Below, one piece after another: positions 1 through 11,588 of a stretch of 50,825 bases of DNA. The stretch comes from Chiloscyllium plagiosum (Eukaryota). The position numbers and the translations under genes were made by a program. The stretch covers positions 12,561,773 to 12,612,597 of the forward strand of contig NC_057749.1 in the NCBI RefSeq assembly GCF_004010195.1. Reading direction: 5' to 3'. The notes under the pieces are model-generated. The model searched no databases. It had not been told where the DNA came from and saw only the letters and a list, made by a program, of their open reading frames with translations. Numbering within the stretch: the first letter of the stretch is position 1; each line of letters begins with the position of its first letter.

Positions 1-787
1 TAACTCTCAATCGCCCCCATTGAACCTTCACGTCTCATCTTGGGATAGGCCGCCCTCTTCCATTTAACAAGGGATTCCAATTCCTTATTAAACCACGGCT
101 CCCTCGCATGACCCTTTCCTCCCTGCCTGACAGGTACATAATTATCAAGGACACTCAATAGTTGCCCCTTGAACAAGTTCCACATATCATTTACACTCTT
201 GCCTTGGAGTCTACTTTTCCAAGCCACACATCCTAAGTCATGCCTCACCGCATCATAATTTCCCTGACCCCAGCTATAACTCTTGCCTTGTAGTACACAC
301 TTATCCCTCTCCATCACGAGAGTAAAAATCACTGAATTATGGTCACTATCCCCAAAGTGCTCACCTACCTCTAATTCTAACACCTGGCCTGGTTCGTTAC
401 CCAGAACCAAATCCAGTATGGCCTCACCTCTTGTTGGCCTGTCTACATATTGTGTCAGGAAACTCTCCTGCACACATTGAACAAACACTGACCCATCTAA
501 CGAACTTGAGCTATAGCTTTCCCAATCAATATCAGGAAAGTTAAAGTCCCCCATAACAACCACCCTATTACTGTCACTCATCTCCTGAATCACCTTCCCT
601 ATCCTTTCTTCAATGATTCTAGGACTATTAGGAGGCCTGTAAAAGACTCCTAACAGGGTGACCTCACATTTCCTATTCCTAACCTCAGCCCAAACTACCT
701 CAGATGGCAAGTCCTCATCCATCGTCCTTTCCACCACTGTAATACTATCTTTGACAAGCAATGCCACACCTCCCCCTCTTTTACCTC
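1..787 (-). mobile_element. 5'-truncated CR1/HER1-like LINE, ORF2 endonuclease region (continues off the left edge)
   Basis: Minus strand encodes decayed APE motifs ([11 protein letters not shown] near 787-750, GDFNFPDIDW, LDLVLGNEPGQV); homologous to the LINE at 43900-44430. Confidence 0.85.
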
Positions 788-798
788 TTGTGTTGCAG

Positions 799-909
799 GA
801 TTGGAACGAAATACTGAGTACAGCTTCCGAGTCTCAGCCACTACAGTGAATGGCACAGGGCCAGCATCTGACTGGGTGTCTGCGGAAACATTTGAAAGTG
901 ACCTGGATG
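799..909 (+). CDS. neo1: Neogenin internal exon, end of FNIII-3 ([37 protein letters not shown])
   Basis: ttgcag|GA...GATG|gtaagg, 111 nt, phase 1-1; matches recalled NEO1 [37 protein letters not shown]. Confidence 0.95.
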
Positions 910-3063
910 GTAAGGATCAAATTATAACTAAAGTAAAATTAGCTAGAGAAACTCAGCGGGTCTGGCAGCTTCTTGGGAGAGAAAGCAGAGTTCATGTTTG
1001 AGGTCCAGTGACTCTTCGGAACAGTAGCTACCATATGTTTTCAGATTAAAACTTTGTTTCTAGTTTAGTCTTAAAATACATGCATCTTAAATAAAGTAAT
1101 TCTTAAGTAGGTAGTAACATCACATATTTATTGTACAAACCAGAAAGCTAGACTTATGTAAAGGATATTGGGAGTAGGAAATGTATGTCTCGGTTTCTCG
1201 CAGCATTTGGATCAAAACACTCCCAAAGCAGTTACAGCACAAGGTTAGAAGCAGAGTAAAGCTCCTGCTACATTGTCCTCATCAAACACTCCCAGAACAA
1301 GGGCAACACAAGGTTAGATATAGCATTTATGTGTAGAAAAAGAGGCACTCTTTGAAATGTATTTCTTATTGCCAACTTTGTTGAACTGCACCACTCGTAT
1401 CTCTCTATATGGCTCCAGGACAGCTTTTATTCTGATATTCTTGTAGTGTGTTCAAGACCAAGATCAACAGATTTTGAGATTTCATGGTGTCAGAGTGTGG
1501 GATTGGTGCAGAGAGGTGGCTTTAGGATGGAGGATTGACCCTGTTTGGGTTGGGAGGCAGAGCGGACTCAAGGGAGCAAATAGTCTACTCCTCTTCCCGA
1601 ACATTACAATAATTATTATGGACAGAGTCAATCGGGAACTACATTTCTGATTGTTGGACTGAGAACCAGAGAGCACAGTTTTAAGGTAGTTTATAAAAGA
1701 AGCAATGGCACTTTGAGGAAAATTCTTCACACATCAAGTGGTTACAATCTGGAAAGTACTGCCTGAGAATGTGGTAGAGGCAGGTTCAATCGAGGCTTTT
1801 AAGAGGCAGTTATACTGCAATTTGAAAAGGAAAAATGTGTAGGGTTATCAGGTGAAGAGCAGAGAGTGACACAATATAAATTGCTGCCAGGGTGAGCTAG
1901 TACAGATATTTATGTAGAGTTTTTCATGACTACCAGATGTCTCAACATTCTTAAAATGTAATCCCTTACAATATACAAACAACATACGAACAGACAAAAT
2001 GGGTGCAGGAGTAGCCATTCGGCCCTTCCACCATTCAATCAGATTGTGGCTGATATCTTTCTATTGTGAATTACACATTCCAATCTACCCTAATAACCTT
2101 AGATTCCTGTTGGGCAAGGGAGTCCACCTACCATTTCTTTAAAAACAGTCAATGACTCAACCCTCACCAGCACCTTCTGTGGCAGAGTACCAAAGTTGTA
2201 TATAACCCTCTGAGAGAAAAGTAATCACTTCATCACTGTCCTAAAAAGGCACGCCCTCATTTTAAAACAGTGCACCTAATTATTGACTCACTGACAGGAG
2301 GAAGCGTCCTTTCCTTTCTGTTCAATTCCTCTCGTCATTAAGGATGGCACTCACTATTTGTCCTAGTCAGGTGCTGTATCTGCACTTTTTGTGACACTTG
2401 TGCTAGAACAATTAAATTCCTGTGCATCTCAGAATTCTGCAATTGTCATTTGTGTAAGTTATACACTACTTTTCTTCATTTTTCCTGCCGAGCTTTATTT
2501 GGGGTCTTGGTTTAAAGTTTTGTCTGAGAGGTTGCACTTTCATCATTGTATCTCTCCATTGAAATGTCAGCTTGATTTTTTTTTTAAACTCATGTCCTCT
2601 CGTGAGACTTGAATCAAGACGCCCGTGAATTGGACAGTGCTACCCACTAACCCACAGCTAATAGGAATGTAGCTGGTTAGGCCATTGCTACCTAGACCCA
2701 TGTCCCATTGGTCCCTGGTCAGAATGAGAGTGTTGTACGCTCTGATTTCATAGACTGAGCAGGTCAACAATGCTCCTTACCTTTCTGCTCTCTCATATTC
2801 GTAAACATTCGGTATTAATCAGAGAGATTTTTTTCTTGCTTTCCTCAACATTTGTCTTGCATTCTGTGTCTTGCTGTAAGAGAATGTATTTGTTTCTTTT
2901 TTCCTGTCTTTCTCAGTCCTCGTATTTGTCTGTCTGTCTGTCTATCTCTATCTCCAGTGCTTGCAGTTTCTATTTGTCTCACATATACTTAAATCACTTA
3001 ATGGTTAGTTCTCAACTGACCGATTACAGTGCAGTATTGATTTAGTTGTTTTGTACTTTACAG

Positions 3064-3258
3064 AATCCCGGGTCCCAGACAAACCCAGCTCTCTACACGT
3101 TCGACCTTTGATTAATAACATTGTTGTAAGCTGGACTCCACCTGAAAACCAGAACATTGTTGTACGAGGTTACACCATTGGCTATGGCATTGGCAGTCCT
3201 CATGCAGAAACTATTCGTGTTGACTATAAGCAACGTTATTATACCATTGGGAATCTGG
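3064..3258 (+). CDS. neo1: Neogenin exon, FNIII-4 first part ([15 protein letters not shown]...YYTIGNL)
   Basis: ttacag|AA...CTGG|gtgagt, 195 nt; near-identical to NEO1 PSSLHVRPL...[25 protein letters not shown]. Confidence 0.97.
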
Positions 3259-3610
3259 GTGAGTGAGAGGACACTATGACCAGAGCAATCAGGGTAATTC
3301 CTGGGGCATTGTGTGTGGGGTTGTCCTGTTCAAGCAAAGGATTCTCACTGGGAAGTTACAGAATGACTGCAGAACATGTTCAAGTCTGTTTAATCCATCT
3401 CAAATTGTTTGGTAATAATGCTGTTTTTATGTTTAATGTTGAATTCAAATCCATATTCTTGATCTAGATCACTGTATAAAAGCCAAAATAAATTAGGAGG
3501 TGCATTTTCTTGAGCATATGTTGAGCAGCAGGTGGTGGTAGGTACAAAGTGGACAATGACCTTGTATCACCTGTTGTGAGGACTCTTCACGGTGCTTTGT
3601 GGTCACTATT

Positions 3611-3941
3611 GGGGCGGCACGGTGGCTCAGTGGTTAGCACTGCTGCCTCACAGCGTGAGGGACTCGGGTTCAATTTTACCCTCAGGTTACTCTGTGTGGA
3701 GTTTGCACATTCTCCTCATGTCTGCGTGGGTTTCCTCCCACAGTCCAAAGATGTGCAGGTCAGGAGAATTGGCCAGGCTAAATTGCCTATAGTGTTCGGG
3801 GATGTTTAGGTTAGGGCTATTTGTTAGGGCTAAAGTAGGATATTCGGGTAGGGGAGTGGGTCTGGGTGAGTTACCCTTCGGAGGGTTGGTGTGGACTTGT
3901 GGGGCCGAAGGGCCTATTTCCACACTGTAGGGAAACTAATC
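3611..3941 (+). mobile_element. tRNA-derived SINE, HE1/V-SINE-like
   Basis: A box tggctcagtgg, B box gggttcaat, central tgtgtggagtttgcacattctcc...gtgggtttcc, LINE-like 3' tail; second copy at 28677. Confidence 0.85.
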
Positions 3942-5565
3942 CTTTTACTCTGTGGGAGAAGCTGCTGGTGAGGGCAGGGTATCAGGTCATGTATTGGGTT
4001 GGTTGAATGTTGGGAAGGGAGGTGAAGGTGATCAGAGTGTGGAGGCAAATGGTGTAAGGGTGATGCCAACATTGAAAACTGTGCTGCTGATTGAGCAAAG
4101 TTAGAATGGAGGATGTAGAGGCTGGGATGTCAGGGTGCATGTAGCTGCAGAGTGTCAGTGAGCCCATGTATGGATTTGTAGGCTGCAGTAAGAATTCTGA
4201 AAGCATTACACTGGAACAGCTAGTGAAGGATGGTCCAGGCAGGGTCTTCCCAAACATAGAAACATAGCTAGGTGTAGGAGGAGGCCATTCAGCTCTTCGA
4301 GTCTGCTGTCATTCATCCTGATCATGGCTAATTGTCCAACTCAATAGCCTAATCCTACTTTCTCCCATAACCTTTGACCCCATTTGCCCAAGTGCTATAT
4401 CTAACCACCTCTTGAATACATTCAATTTTCTCAGTACAACAAGATGCAGTGCAATGGAATGTGTAGATAGTGAATTGGAGTTTATGTAAGGAGAAATATA
4501 GCTCCATGATGATAAGACTGTGCTCAAAGACATTGGTGGTGATTAAACAGTGATTGTAGCCACTCACTCTTGTTTAGCAGTTAAAATATAGATAATTAAA
4601 TCCAGATAAGGAATAACCTGCTTTTGATTTATCTATTCAATGCAGACCGTCATTGGTGTCCATGGGTAATTTTTACCGAGTGAATGTTCTTCATGTGTGA
4701 GGCTGCTGTATGGTGAAATCCACCACACTCATGCTGATATGTCCTCACCTTCACTTTCAAGGAGGAGTTATTGAGTGATGACCAGGAACAGGAGTTTTAA
4801 AACTTGTTATCTGCAACCCATCCTGATTGATAACTTTCACATGGCGCCCACCATTGAGATTAGTTGACATAGCATTAACTAGATTTGAATCATAGGAAGA
4901 GTTTGTGTCAGATTTAATATCACACAGAGTGTAGAGAGAGTTGATTGTAATAGATTTTTCTTTATTCCTATTGTGGATGTGGGCATTGCTGGAAAAGCCA
5001 GCATTTGTTGCCCATCCCTAACGACTCAAGGAGGTGATGGTGAGCTGTTCCTTTGAACCTTGGGGTAGAGGAACACCAGCAATGTTGTTCGGAAGGGAGT
5101 TCTAGGTTTTTAACCCAGTAACAAGGAGTGGTGATATGGTTCCAAATGGATGAGGATAATTGAGGTAAACGGTCGTGCGGTGACAATATCAATGGGCCAG
5201 AAACCCAAACTAATGCTCTTGCACATGTGTTTAAAACCCACCTGTTGGGATTTGAATTGAATTAATAAAATCTGGAAGGGAAGACTATTCTCAGTCATCG
5301 TGATCATGACAAGTATTATGGATTGTTGTAAAAATCCATCTGGTTCCCTAATGTCCTTTAGGAAGGGAAATCTGCAATCTTTAACTGACCTGGCCTATAT
5401 GTTACTCCAGAGCCACAACAATATGGTATCTCTTAACTACCCTCTGAAATGGCCCAGCAAGCAGTTCTAGGGCAATTATGGACAGCCTTGCCAGAGATAC
5501 CAATGAGAGAATATTTTTAAGACAAAGGTTTGTGAGCTCATAATTATTCTTTTCTCTTGTTCTAG

Positions 5566-5661
5566 AGCCCAACTCACACTATGTGATCGCACTTAAAGCA
5601 TATAACAGGAATGGAGAAGGAATTCCACTGTATGAGAGCACAGCCACCAGGCCTCTAACTG
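5566..5661 (+). CDS. neo1: Neogenin exon, FNIII-4 second part ([32 protein letters not shown])
   Basis: ttctag|AG...ACTG|gtaaga, 96 nt, phase 1-1; absent from the ORF track, read manually. Confidence 0.95.
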
Positions 5662-6100
5662 GTAAGAAGAAAAGATGACAAATGTTTGCTTTTTTTCTGT
5701 GACTTCCAGAGATCTGCTTTTGCTTAGGCTGCCATCACCTTTACAATTAATGATCTAATCCTCATCTAACTACCTGGTCCTAGGTGGAAAAATGATTTTG
5801 ACAGAATTTCCCAGTGACTACTATTAGCTATTGGTCAAAAGGTATCCCTTCTTCCAAGGAGAGAAGGCTCAGTTCCAGTATTGCTGTTTGAATATGCCCT
5901 TCCGGTAGGGAACCTTCTCCACTGAAAAGTAGACTTGAGAATTGCTCTTTGAGTTTTGTCACTCGGGGATTTCTTCATGATCCATGATAAAGGAGAATCC
6001 CAGTTTTCACTGGCTCTTAGGATGTTAATCGCTGCTGTTTCAAGGTTCATGGACAGTTGAGAAATGTGTTACTTCAATGAGCAATAGATTTGATGCTATT

Positions 6101-7030
6101 AACATAGAACTGTACAGCACAGCAATGGGCACTTCGGCCCACATTGTGGTGCTGAACAAGATACCAAATTAAACTAATCCCTTCTGTCCGCCCTTGATCC
6201 ATATCCCACCATTCCTTGCATATTCATGTGCTGATCCAAAAGTCTTTTAAATGCCCCTATCATATCTGCCTCCATCATAACCCCGGCAGCATTTTTCAGA
6301 CTCCTACCATACTTTGTGTAAAAAACATGCCCCTCACATCTCCTTTGAGCTTTCCCCCTCACCTTAAACATATGCTCCCTAGTACTAGACATTTCAACTC
6401 GGGGAAAAAGATTCTGACTGTCAACTCTATCTATGCATCTTATAATTTTATAGACTTCTGTTAAGTTTCCCCTAAGCCTCCGCTGCTCCAGAGAAAATAA
6501 CCCAAGTTTTTCTAGCCTCTCCTTATGGTTCATACCCTCTAATCCAGGCAGCATCCTAGTAAACCTCTTCTGCACCCTCTCCAAAGTCTCCACATCTTTC
6601 CTGTGATGTGGCGACCAGAATTGAACTCAGTACTTAACCAATGTCTTATAAAGCTGTAACATGACATCCTGACTCATGCACCTTAATCTTCTTGAGGAGC
6701 CTACCATGAGGGACCTTGTCGAAAGCCTTACTAAAATCCATGTAGACAACATCCAATGTTCTACCCTCCTTGATCGCTTATGTCATTTCATCGAAAAATT
6801 CAATCAAGTTAGTAAGACAGGATCTGCCCTGCACAAAGCCACGCTGACTGTCCCTATTTAGGCCACGCTTTTCCAAATGCACATAAATCCTATTCCTAAG
6901 AATTCTCTCCAGTAGCTTCCCAACTACCAATGCGAGACCCATTGGTCCATATTTTCCTGGATTATCCCTATTTCCTTACTTGAATAAAGGAACAACATTA
7001 GCTACTCGCCGGTTCTCCAGGACATCTCCA
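6101..7030 (-). mobile_element. CR1/HER1-like LINE 3' part with internal deletion
   Basis: ORF 6174-6593 (LERVQKRFTRMLPGL) is the CR1 ORF2 C-terminus; FSKAFDKVPH RT motif near 6700-6740. Confidence 0.85.
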
Positions 7031-7877
7031 GGAATTAAGTGTCATGAGTCCTGCTACCAAGTCCAGAGTTTATTACCTGTACCATAATTTGAACAAACAT
7101 TTCTGATTTATAAAAACTATTGGATTTTGACTTCAAAGTTAATATTTGTGTCCATTAGTGACTGAATTAATATCTCCTCCCATCTGGAAAAATGGCAGGA
7201 GTCCAGAAGGGAGGAAGTGGGAAGGACACAGTGGGAGAATGGAAAAATTGGTGAAAGATAGAAACTAGGAGCAGGAGTTAGGCTATTCAGCCCTTCGAGT
7301 TTGCTCCACCAGGGACACCACTCTCTGGCTGAAGAAATTTCTCCTCATCTTAGTCCTTAATGTTTACCAACATCCTTAGACTGTGACCTCTTGTTCTGGA
7401 ACTCTTCGGGAACATTCTTCCTGCATCTATCCTGTCTGGTCCTGAAAGGCAAGCAGAGTCACTGAAGAACAGACACCATTGTAGCTCAGACAATCAATTC
7501 TGAGCAGGAGCAAAGCTCCCCCTTCCATTCAGCGTCACATGTTGGGGAATATCCACGGGAATCTACTACCTCCTCATGCTCAGTGTGTAACTGCTTGCAG
7601 TCAGTATAATGACCTGTTTATGTGTGTGACTTGTCACTTGGCTATTAAATTAAGGCAGGGCTTTCTTGCGAGTTTCACAAATTAATTCATTTTAAATAGT
7701 TAACACCTGGACTACTTGCTCTAATCTTGGTTTCTTTGTCTCTTTCTCCTCCATTTCATGCCTTCCTGCTGTTTGGATCTTGTGGAATCAATATCTGTGG
7801 CTGCTTTCCCTTTTCCTTACATGATTCATTATTTACCTTTTTTTACGGACATTACTCTTATTTAATTTATCCCTTAG

Positions 7878-8113
7878 ATCCTTTTGACCCTTCCGAAGTT
7901 TATATATTTGATCTTTTCAATAATCCATACACTCCAGTACCAGACCCTAGTCCCATGCTGCCTCCGGTCGGAGTTCAAGCTACTGTCCTTACCCACGACA
8001 CCATCCGGGTCACCTGGGCCGATAGCTCGCTACCCAAGAACCAAAAGATCATCGATGCTCGATTCTACACAGTACGTTGGAAAACCAACTACCCTGCCAA
8101 CACTAAATACAAG
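7878..8113 (+). CDS. neo1: Neogenin exon, FN4-FN5 linker plus FNIII-5 first part; second in-frame acceptor at 7938
   Basis: ccttag|AT...AAG|gtgagt, 236 nt; [35 protein letters not shown]...[16 protein letters not shown]; internal ctccag|TA 60 nt downstream. Confidence 0.93.
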
Positions 8114-8512
8114 GTGAGTACACTGTCTGCCAGTCTCGGTACACATTCACTCTGCCCCTTTGCAAGCCTGCCTGGAACTCTGCGATAATTACAGCATCAC
8201 AGATGTGTTCCTGCATGTTAACACCATACTCTCACTTGTTATAAGGTGTAGTAGGGAGGCAGGGATCTGTAGTTCATTCCCTGGGACATGAGGATGTTAA
8301 TTCCCTGTGGTTTATGGGAAGGGAGCTAGTTTCCTGTATTATAGAGAGAAGATTAATTCCCTGTTTTCTATGGGGGTTAATTCTCCATATTATTTAGGAT
8401 CATTTCCCTGTATTATTTGGGGTTAATTCTCCATATCAGTGAATGATGGATGACCTTAACTCTGTGCATCTTTATCTGATACTGGTAGTATATAAATCTG
8501 ATTCTGTTTTAG

Positions 8513-8651
8513 ACTGCAGACACCACCACGCTGAGTTATATCGTCTCAGGATTGAAACCACACACACTATATGAGTTTTCTGTGAAGGTAACAAAGGGTC
8601 GGAGGTCAAGTACCTGGAGCATGACAGCACATGGAACTACCTTTGAAACAG
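8513..8651 (+). CDS. neo1: Neogenin exon, FNIII-5 second part ([46 protein letters not shown])
   Basis: ttttag|ACT...ACAG|gtatgg, 139 nt, phase 0-1. Confidence 0.96.
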
Positions 8652-9059
8652 GTATGGCTCTGGTTCGAAAGTTAAAAATGGAATGAATTAATCAATGAAA
8701 TTCCTAATTCTCTGTTACTTTCCTGAGCTGGGCTGTGGAGCTGTTTGTAAATACGCTATCATGGTTCAGGGTGTAAAGTGCTGGTAGGTCCAAGCTAAGT
8801 CCTGCATCTGGGATGAGTCACAAAAACTCAATCACAGTGTTAATTGCCTAGGGTTCCTGCCCTGACTGGTATCCAGTCACCCCTGCTGAATGACTGTACA
8901 TCGAACATCCTGCAGACACATCACCAGACAGATGCAGTAACACCCTTGAGGGTGCACTATTATTACAATTTCTTGTGTAATTCATCAGTTAAAAGATGTG
9001 GTGTAACAATTGCATCATTTAAGATCAGTGATGTAATTGGTCATGTATTGTTTGTGTAA

Positions 9060-9498
9060 AGATTTGTAGCTCGGGTGCCAGTTGTAGGTACGTTTGCCAA
9101 GTTTGGAAGTTGATTTGCAGGCATTTCATCCCCTGTCTCGGTGACATCTTCAATACTTTGGAGCCTCCCTGTGAAGTGCTGCTGTGCTGTCTCTTCTGGA
9201 ATTTATTTGGTTCCATCCCTGCTGCTTCTGGTTGTTTGTTGTAGTGGCCGGTGTATTGGGTCCCAGTCTATGTGCTTGTTAATGGAGTCCGTGTATGAGT
9301 GCCATATTTCTAGGGGATCTCTGGCTGTCCTCTGTTTAGCTTGTCCTATGATCATTGTGTTGTCCCACTCAAATCTGTGGTCCTTGTCACCTGTGTATAT
9401 GAATACTCAGGACAGCTGATCGTGGTGTTTAGTGGCGAGTTGCTGTTCATGGATGTGGATTGCTAGTTGTCTGCCTGTTTGCCCTATATAATGTTTCA
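9060..9498 (-). mobile_element. Penelope-like element 3' fragment with decayed GIY-YIG endonuclease
   Basis: Minus strand from 9498 reads KHYIGQTGRQLAIHIHEQ...HRFEWDNT.IIGQ...LEIWHS...SINKHID, with an internal stop. Confidence 0.75.
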
Positions 9499-9547
9499 TA
9501 GACCTTCTTAATCAATACAACAGAACCAGTAAGTATCCCTTAGGGAA

Positions 9548-10015
9548 GGTGATGGCCTAGTGATATTATCTCTAGACTGTTAATCCGGAGACCTGGTAAT
9601 GTTCTGGGAACCCAGGTTTAAATACTGCCATAGCAGATGGTAGAATTTGAATTCAATAATTAATGAGAACCATTGCCAATTATAGAGTCATAGAGATGTA
9701 CAGCATGGAAACAGACCCGTCGGTCCAACCCGTCCATGCCGACCAGATATCCCAACCCAATCTAGTCCCACCTGCCAGCACCCGGCCCATATCCCTTCAA
9801 ACCCTTCCTATCCATATACCCATCCAAGTGCCTCTTAAACCCATCTAATTGACAAATGTCATTTAGGGAAGGAAACTGCCATCCTTACCTGGTCTGGCCC
9901 ACATATGACTCCAGACCCACAGCAATTGGTTGACTCTTAACTGTCCTCCGGCCAATTAGGGTTGGTTAATAAATACTGGCCTGACCAGTGATGCCCATAT
10001 TCTGTGAATGAATTA
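9548..10015 (+). mobile_element. Old SINE-like repeat interrupted by an antisense CR1 3'-end fragment (~9683-9840)
   Basis: tRNA-like head gatggcctagtg...ggtttaaat; body similar to 5170-5500; nested tagagtcatagagatgtacagc CR1 tail. Confidence 0.5.
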
Positions 10016-10384
10016 AAAAATGAATCCAGGTTTATTTGTTAAAATTTAGTTCTGATTCTTGGGCCATGATGACTTGTTTGCATCTATTGTCTGTTCTTCA
10101 ATACAAGTGTTTGAATTATTAAGCCACTTCAAAAGGCAGTTAAGAGATGGATTACATTGGTGTGTGACTGGAGTCCTGTTAGATCCAGACAGATTTCCAT
10201 TAGTGACCCAGCTGCCAATCTGCCATCATGACCACTTCTTAACTAGCTGCTTACTTCCAAATTTTCTAAAGCTGATTTCAAACGCTGTCAGTACCAGTTT
10301 GGGATCAGAACTACTGTACTTACAATTATTAGTTCAGCAACATAACCACTACACCAACTTACCCCATAGATACTAAGTCTAATT

Positions 10385-10413
10385 TCTCTCTCGCTCTCTC
10401 TCTCTCTCTCTCT
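10385..10413 (+). repeat. (CT)n microsatellite forming the polypyrimidine tract of the 10421 acceptor
   Basis: tctctctcgctctctctctctctctctct directly before atttcag. Confidence 0.9.
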
Positions 10414-10420
10414 ATTTCAG

Positions 10421-10528
10421 TACCAACATCACCTCCCAAGGATCTAACAGTGGTGAGCAAGGAAGGAAAACCCAGGACCATTATTGTCAACTGGCAACCT
10501 CCATCAGAGGCCAATGGAAAAATAACAG
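10421..10528 (+). CDS. neo1: Neogenin exon, FNIII-6 first part ([36 protein letters not shown])
   Basis: tttcag|TA...ACAG|gtatat, 108 nt. Confidence 0.96.
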
Positions 10529-10959
10529 GTATATGGGCCTGGATCACTGCCGTCGCAGACCCAAGGAGACTGCGAGAGCAGTGGGGCAGTAGGGGTGCCA
10601 CAGGAAGTAGGTACAGAAGATAGTTGGTGGGTGAGTGTGCAATCTTACCAGAACTGTCTTTGTTGAGAAAATTACTGACCCATAGGGACTAGTTAGAAAA
10701 GGAAGGAGTGGCAGATTGAGATGGAGTTTCACTCATCAGCTCTGAGCCTTTTGATTGTGGCCAGTTGGTATCCCAGCTGAGAACCTCTGTATCTCTATAC
10801 AACACAACTCATTTACATTTGACTGTGATGTTATTTGAATGGCGATACCTCAGACCTGGTTTTGTGCTGCTCATACAGTCAGGTTTTCAATTTGAAATGC
10901 CAACTTTCCTTTCACATAGAAATGAAAAATCAGATACTCTTGACCCAGCAATATATTTC

Positions 10960-11368
10960 CAAGTCAGGATGGTGAGTGCCTTGGAGGGAAACGTGCAAGA
11001 GTGGTGTATCTGTTTCCCTTGTACTTCTAAGTGGAAGTGGTCATGGGTTTAGAAGGTGCTGTCTCAGGATCTTTGATGAATTTCTGCAGTGCATCTTGTA
11101 AATAGTACACACTGCTGTTACTGAGTGTCAGTGCTGGATTGAGTGGATGTGTTGCCAATCAAGTGGGCTGTTTTACCTTGAATGGTGTCAAGCTTCTTGA
11201 GTGTTAGAGCTGCACTCATGGGGAGTGGCAAATGGGGGGTATTCCATCACATTGCTGTGACTTGTGCCTTGTAGATGGTGGACAGGCTTTAGGGAGTTAG
11301 GAGATGATTTACTCGCTGCAGGATTCCTATTCTCTGACCAGCTCTTGTAACCACAGTATTTATGTGGT
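10960..11368 (-). mobile_element. Old CR1/L2-clade LINE 3' fragment (second family)
   Basis: Similar to 15430-15900 (-) and 24720-25210 (+); shared gtattccatcaca..tgacttgtgccttgtagatggtggacagg. Confidence 0.6.
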
Positions 11369-11369
11369 G

Positions 11370-11588
11370 ACAAAAACAGAAGTTGCTGGAAAAACTCAGC
11401 AGGTCTGCAGCATCCGTGAAGAGAAATCAGTTAATGTTTTGGGGCCGGTGACCCTTTCCCCGAACTGAGGAAGAGTCACTGGACCTGAAACATTAACACT
11501 GGTTTCTCTTCACAGATTCTGCCAGATCAGTTAACCTTTTCCAGCAATTTCTGTTTTTGCTTCTGATTTATGGCATCTGCAGTTCTTT
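11370..11588. mobile_element. Short palindromic non-autonomous element, probably Penelope-terminal-repeat derived
   Basis: Arms caaaaacagaagttgctggaaaa... and ...ttttccagcaatttctgtttttg invert around ~11465; relics also at ~935-1050, ~29570-29650 and ~37095-37200. Confidence 0.65.

Noticed and set aside
2770..3045. Hydrophobic short ORFs (also 17976-18275, 21735-21980) as small membrane proteins
   Set aside because: They are translations of T-rich intronic sequence with no homology or gene structure
3611..3680. tRNA genes here and at 28677
   Set aside because: The A/B boxes continue into a SINE body and LINE-like tail, and no complete cloverleaf is evident
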